NCBI GenBank assembly: GCA_016218805.1 | Contig: JACRCW010000008.1 | Coordinates: forward strand, 53,080 to 73,079 | Direction: 5' to 3' | Source of the DNA: Deltaproteobacteria bacterium | GTDB taxonomy: Bacteria > Myxococcota > JACRCW01 | Length of the DNA: 20,000 nucleotides | Shown here: positions 16,760 to 20,000 of the stretch, piece by piece | Numbering within the stretch: position 1 is the first letter of the stretch | Layout of the letters: each line of letters starts with the position of its first letter | Notes under the pieces: generated by a model | The model's input: only the letters and a program-made list of their open reading frames with translations | What the model was told of the DNA's origin: nothing | Database searches by the model: none | Made by a program: the position numbers and the translations under genes

Positions 16760-18042
16760 GACGCCCCTCCCGCGCTTTCCGGCAGCAGCACGCGGGCCAC
16801 CGTGCCCCCGCCCTCCCGCGGCCCGAACAGCAGCGCCCCGCCATGCCGCGCCACAATCCGCCGGGTGATGGCCACGCCCAGCCCGCTCCCTCCCGGCCGT
16901 GACGACGGAGCCACGGCCCCGGCGGCCACCGCCGGCGGCATCCCCGGACCCGCGTCCAACACCGCGATCTCCACCCACGTGGACGACGGCGCGGGGGCAA
17001 CGTCCTCCAGCCCCGCGCGTGCCGGCGCCGCCGCCCGGGCCGTCCGCAGCGTCACCCGCCCGCCTGCCGGTGACGAGGACGCCGCGTTGTCCACCAGGTT
17101 GGCCAGCGCCAGTTGGACCAGCCCCGGGTCCGCCTCCACCAGCGCACCCGGCGCGGCGTCTTCGCGGAGGACGGACCGGCCGGACGCCTGCGCGCGCGCC
17201 TCCGCCTCCCGCACCGGCCCCTCCAGCAGCGCACCCAGCGGCACGCGCGCCAACGCCGGTGCACCCGTGCGGGCGCCGGCCAGAAACCGGTTCACCTGCT
17301 CCACCAGCCCGTCCACTTCGGACACAATGTCCGCCAGGTTGGCGCCCGCGGCGTGCTCCGGTCCCACCTTGGCCTGGGCCACGGTGGCGGCGGCCCGGAT
17401 GCCGGCCAGCGGGGTCTTGAGCCCGTGGCTCAGGCCCGCGGCCACCTCGCCAAAGTACGCAAAACGGTCCGCCTGCACCGCTGCCAGCCGCGCCGCGTAC
17501 AACTCCTCCAGGCGGCGGCGCAGCAGGTCCTCCAGCGCACGTTCATCCCGTGCGGGCGCACGGGGGGCCGCCTCGCCACGTTGTCGGCGGGGCAACCCCA
17601 GCACGGCCGCCACCGCCGCCAGCCACAGCAGCACCCCAACGCGCAACCGCCCGTCGCGCTGCTCGTCCGCGTCACGGGTGGTCCGCAACGCTTCACCCAG
17701 CGCGGTGGCGTACCGCGCCTCGGCGCGCTGCAGGGCGGGGCGCAGGCACGCCGCGCAATCCCATGTACCCAGGCAGTCCAATGCCTGCCCCAGGGCCTGC
17801 CCCAATGGGGCTTCCGGTGGGGCGTCCGCGCGCAGCTCACCCAGGATCCGCACCGCCACCGCGCGGTGGTCCGCGCCGTCACACCCGCGCGCCGCACGGT
17901 CCAGGTCCCGGATGCGTCCGGTGACGCCGGAGGCCAACTCCAACGCGCGCCCGCGCCCGTCTTCCGCGTGAGACGCCCAGGCCAGCACCCCCGCCGCCGC
18001 GGCCACCGCCAGCCCGGCCAGCGCCACCGTGCGGCCGTCCAT
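16756..18042 (-). CDS. Membrane sensor histidine kinase
   Basis: Two TM segments flanking a ~110-aa sensor region; H-box AAGLSHGLKTPL, N-box NLVDNA, G1 DAGPGM, G2 GSGLGV...IVARHGG; TGATG overlap with the upstream gene. Confidence 0.92.
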   Translation of the reverse strand: MDGRTVALAGLAVAAAAGVLAWASHAEDGRGRALELASGVTGRIRDLDRAARGCDGADHRAVAVRILGELRADAPPEAPLGQALGQALDCLGTWDCAACLRPALQRAEARYATALGEALRTTRDADEQRDGRLRVGVLLWLAAVAAVLGLPRRQRGEAAPRAPARDERALEDLLRRRLEELYAARLAAVQADRFAYFGEVAAGLSHGLKTPLAGIRAAATVAQAKVGPEHAAGANLADIVSEVDGLVEQVNRFLAGARTGAPALARVPLGALLEGPVREAEARAQASGRSVLREDAAPGALVEADPGLVQLALANLVDNAASSSPAGGRVTLRTARAAAPARAGLEDVAPAPSSTWVEIAVLDAGPGMPPAVAAGAVAPSSRPGGSGLGVAITRRIVARHGGALLFGPREGGGTVARVLLPESAGGAS

Positions 18043-19304
18043 CACTCCACCTGCATGATGCGGCCGTCTTCCAGGCGCACGGCCACCGTGGCTTCCCGGG
18101 ACACAAACGCGTGACGGATGCCGCGGTTGTCCAGCCGGTCCGCCAGCCGCCGCGCCTCCGCCATCCGGTCCGACCGCGACAACGTGAGCCAGCGCCCCGG
18201 ATCCACGCGCCCAATGAACACGCGTGGGCCCGGACCCGCGGAGAGGCCGCCTTCCACCAGCAGCGGGGACAACTGCACCAGCTCGGCGCGTCCCAACGAC
18301 GACAAACCGTCATCCACGCAGCCGCGGACGTTCCATGCGGCCAGCGGCCCGGCCACCATGATGAACGCCACCGCGAGCTGCCGCATGCGCGCGCCCAAGC
18401 GGGTGGGCGGCGGAACCGTGCTGGCCTCCTGCACCACGCGGATGGCACCGGTGCGCACGCGGCGGCGGACAAAGCGCTCGTTTTCGCCGGCCTGGCGGCG
18501 GGCGATTTTGAAGACCTCATCCACCTTGAGGTGCGCCTGCACCAGCCGCCCATCCAGCGCCTCCAGGGACACGCCTCCCGCTTTGGCCAAGTCCGCCAGC
18601 CGGCTCCGGAAGGCCGCCTCCAACCGGAGCGACGCGTACAGGATTTCCGGCTCCAGCAGCTGGTTGCGCAGCGAGATGCGGTAGCCCGCCACGTCCAGGA
18701 TGAACCCGGCGTCAAACAGCGCGTCCAACGACTCAAACGTGGCCAGGCGCTGGATGGCACCCTCAAAGAAGTTGCACGCCGCCCCCAGCGTCTCCAGCGT
18801 GACGTCAGACCGCGCGCCCAGGCCAATGAGGATGTCCTTGACCCCGTCAAACGGCAGCACCACGCCGTCCGGGCCCGTGCACAGGCACAGCATGGTGTCC
18901 ACCACGCGCTCAAACCGCTCCGGGGACAGGTGCCAGGCCAACAGCCGCGCGTAGGGAACCACCGCCTGCGGCGGGACTCCCTCGCGAAGCAGCCGCCGCA
19001 CGGCGCTGTCCGGGAGGTGCTCGTCCAGGTCCACCAGGTCGGCTTCGGCCTCCGCCAGGTGCTGCAGGACGGCGGCGGACAGGTCCGTGCGCGCCAACGC
19101 GGTGGTGACCAGGGCCAGGTCCTGCTCAATGGCTGCAATGGACTCCGGCATGCCCGGGGAGGTGGCCACCGCCCGGAACACCGGCAGCGCGCCCAGCAGC
19201 GCTTCCAGCCGCTCCGCCGCCCGGTCAAACTCCGCCTCCGTCCGGGCATCCATATCGGGGAGCGCCGGGGCGTCCGCGCCATTGGGGGGGCCGGATGACG
19301 TCAT
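18042..19304 (-). CDS. Hypothetical protein: large helical N-terminal region, one TM helix, small C-terminal domain
   Basis: GGAGG upstream of ATG 19304; 420-aa ORF with coding-like composition; TM LAVAFIMVAGPLAAW; its stop overlaps the kinase start. Confidence 0.8.
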   Translation of the reverse strand: MTSSGPPNGADAPALPDMDARTEAEFDRAAERLEALLGALPVFRAVATSPGMPESIAAIEQDLALVTTALARTDLSAAVLQHLAEAEADLVDLDEHLPDSAVRRLLREGVPPQAVVPYARLLAWHLSPERFERVVDTMLCLCTGPDGVVLPFDGVKDILIGLGARSDVTLETLGAACNFFEGAIQRLATFESLDALFDAGFILDVAGYRISLRNQLLEPEILYASLRLEAAFRSRLADLAKAGGVSLEALDGRLVQAHLKVDEVFKIARRQAGENERFVRRRVRTGAIRVVQEASTVPPPTRLGARMRQLAVAFIMVAGPLAAWNVRGCVDDGLSSLGRAELVQLSPLLVEGGLSAGPGPRVFIGRVDPGRWLTLSRSDRMAEARRLADRLDNRGIRHAFVSREATVAVRLEDGRIMQVE

Positions 19305-19834
19305 GAGCCAGGTTCCTCCATGCGCGCGCTGGGGTGGGCCGGCGGGCGCGTGAATGTGCTTCGGCGGCACCCGTCTGGGCAAGCACGCGCGCATCACGCG
19401 GGCTGTTGCCCCTGGTTGTAGTCTCACTGCCGCGGGGGGCGAGCCTCAGGACCTGCGCCCCGCGCAGCCAAGAAGGGATCCTGAGCCTGCCTTGAAAACC
19501 ACTGCAGTGGCCACGCGGGTGAAGACGGTGGCCGACGCGGAAGCCCTATCCCGGGCGCTGGGCCGCGTGGCTGCGTCGCTGCAGGTGGTGCAGCGGGCCG
19601 CCAAGGCGCGGCTCCCGCCAACAACGGTGACCCCACCGCGGCCCGCCGCGGATACCACCGAGGACGCGCGGAACCGGATCAACCGGCAACCGAAGAGCGC
19701 GCCCGCCGGTTGCTGGCCCCCGTGGAAGCAATGCAAAAGCACCCCCGCCGCGCCAAAGCCCGCCTCCGACGAACCCATTTCCGGTTTGAGCCGCAAGCCT
19801 GCCTGCTCCCGGCGCTCCACTTCAGCGCGCCAAG

Positions 19835-20000
19835 CAGGTCTGGACCTGCCTCCACCGCTCCCGGGAGTGCCCCCCCCAGGTCTGGACCTGCCTCCACCGC
19901 TCCCGGGAGTACCCCCCCCAGGTCTGGACCTGCCTCCACCGCTCCCCTGAGTACCCCCCCCCCAGGTCTGGACCTGCCTCCACCGCTCCCGGGAGCACCC
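19835..20000. repeat. Tandem array of ~42-bp palindrome-containing units (at least 4 copies, runs off the window end)
   Basis: CAGGTCTGGACCTGCCTCCACCGCTCCCGGGAGTRCCCCCCC starting at 19835, 19877, 19919 and 19963. Confidence 0.96.

Noticed and set aside
17745..17760. Haem c attachment site in the sensor kinase
   Set aside because: The motif is CAACL, without the required His.
19378..19395. Second sigma54 promoter upstream of 19304 (minus strand ...TGCGCGCGTGCTTGCC)
   Set aside because: Has the TTGC -12 element but lacks the invariant GG at -24.
19354..19950. 198-aa plus-strand ORF and 124-aa minus-strand ORF as real genes
   Set aside because: No recognisable motif or RBS; the tail of the plus ORF is just the translated 42-bp repeat.
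19835..20000. CRISPR array
   Set aside because: Palindromic units, but no spacers; only the C-run length and a few bases differ.

Overview
High-GC bacterial DNA, probably Myxococcota. This is inferred from two Hanks-type Ser/Thr kinases, a PEGA domain, a receiver/J-like fusion protein, a sigma54 two-component system and a deltaproteobacterial-type pilin. About 17 densely packed CDSs can be supported. Left part (minus strand): lipoprotein, Ser/Thr kinase, oligoribonuclease (orn) and a truncated GT-C-like membrane protein. Middle: PGPGW-type membrane protein, GNAT, PPC-domain lipoprotein, YchJ, HAD-IB hydrolase, a large cytoplasmic Ser/Thr kinase and a membrane/spermidine-synthase-like/TPR fusion. 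Right part (minus strand): a coherent module of an unknown membrane protein, a histidine kinase and a sigma54 response regulator, then three TGGG-N8-CCCA enhancer-like boxes and a -24/-12 promoter, a lone type IV pilin, and a small exported Pro-Thr/Pro-Ala stalk protein with an Asp-Lys/Asp-Ser tail; a receiver/J-like gene follows. There are two non-coding tandem arrays: 11 x 22 bp preceded by a perfect hairpin, and at least 4 x ~42 bp with two internal palindromes. The pilin module is the best candidate for an undescribed system. No RNA genes, CRISPR arrays or mobile elements were seen. All calls come from reading motifs by eye; no searches were run.
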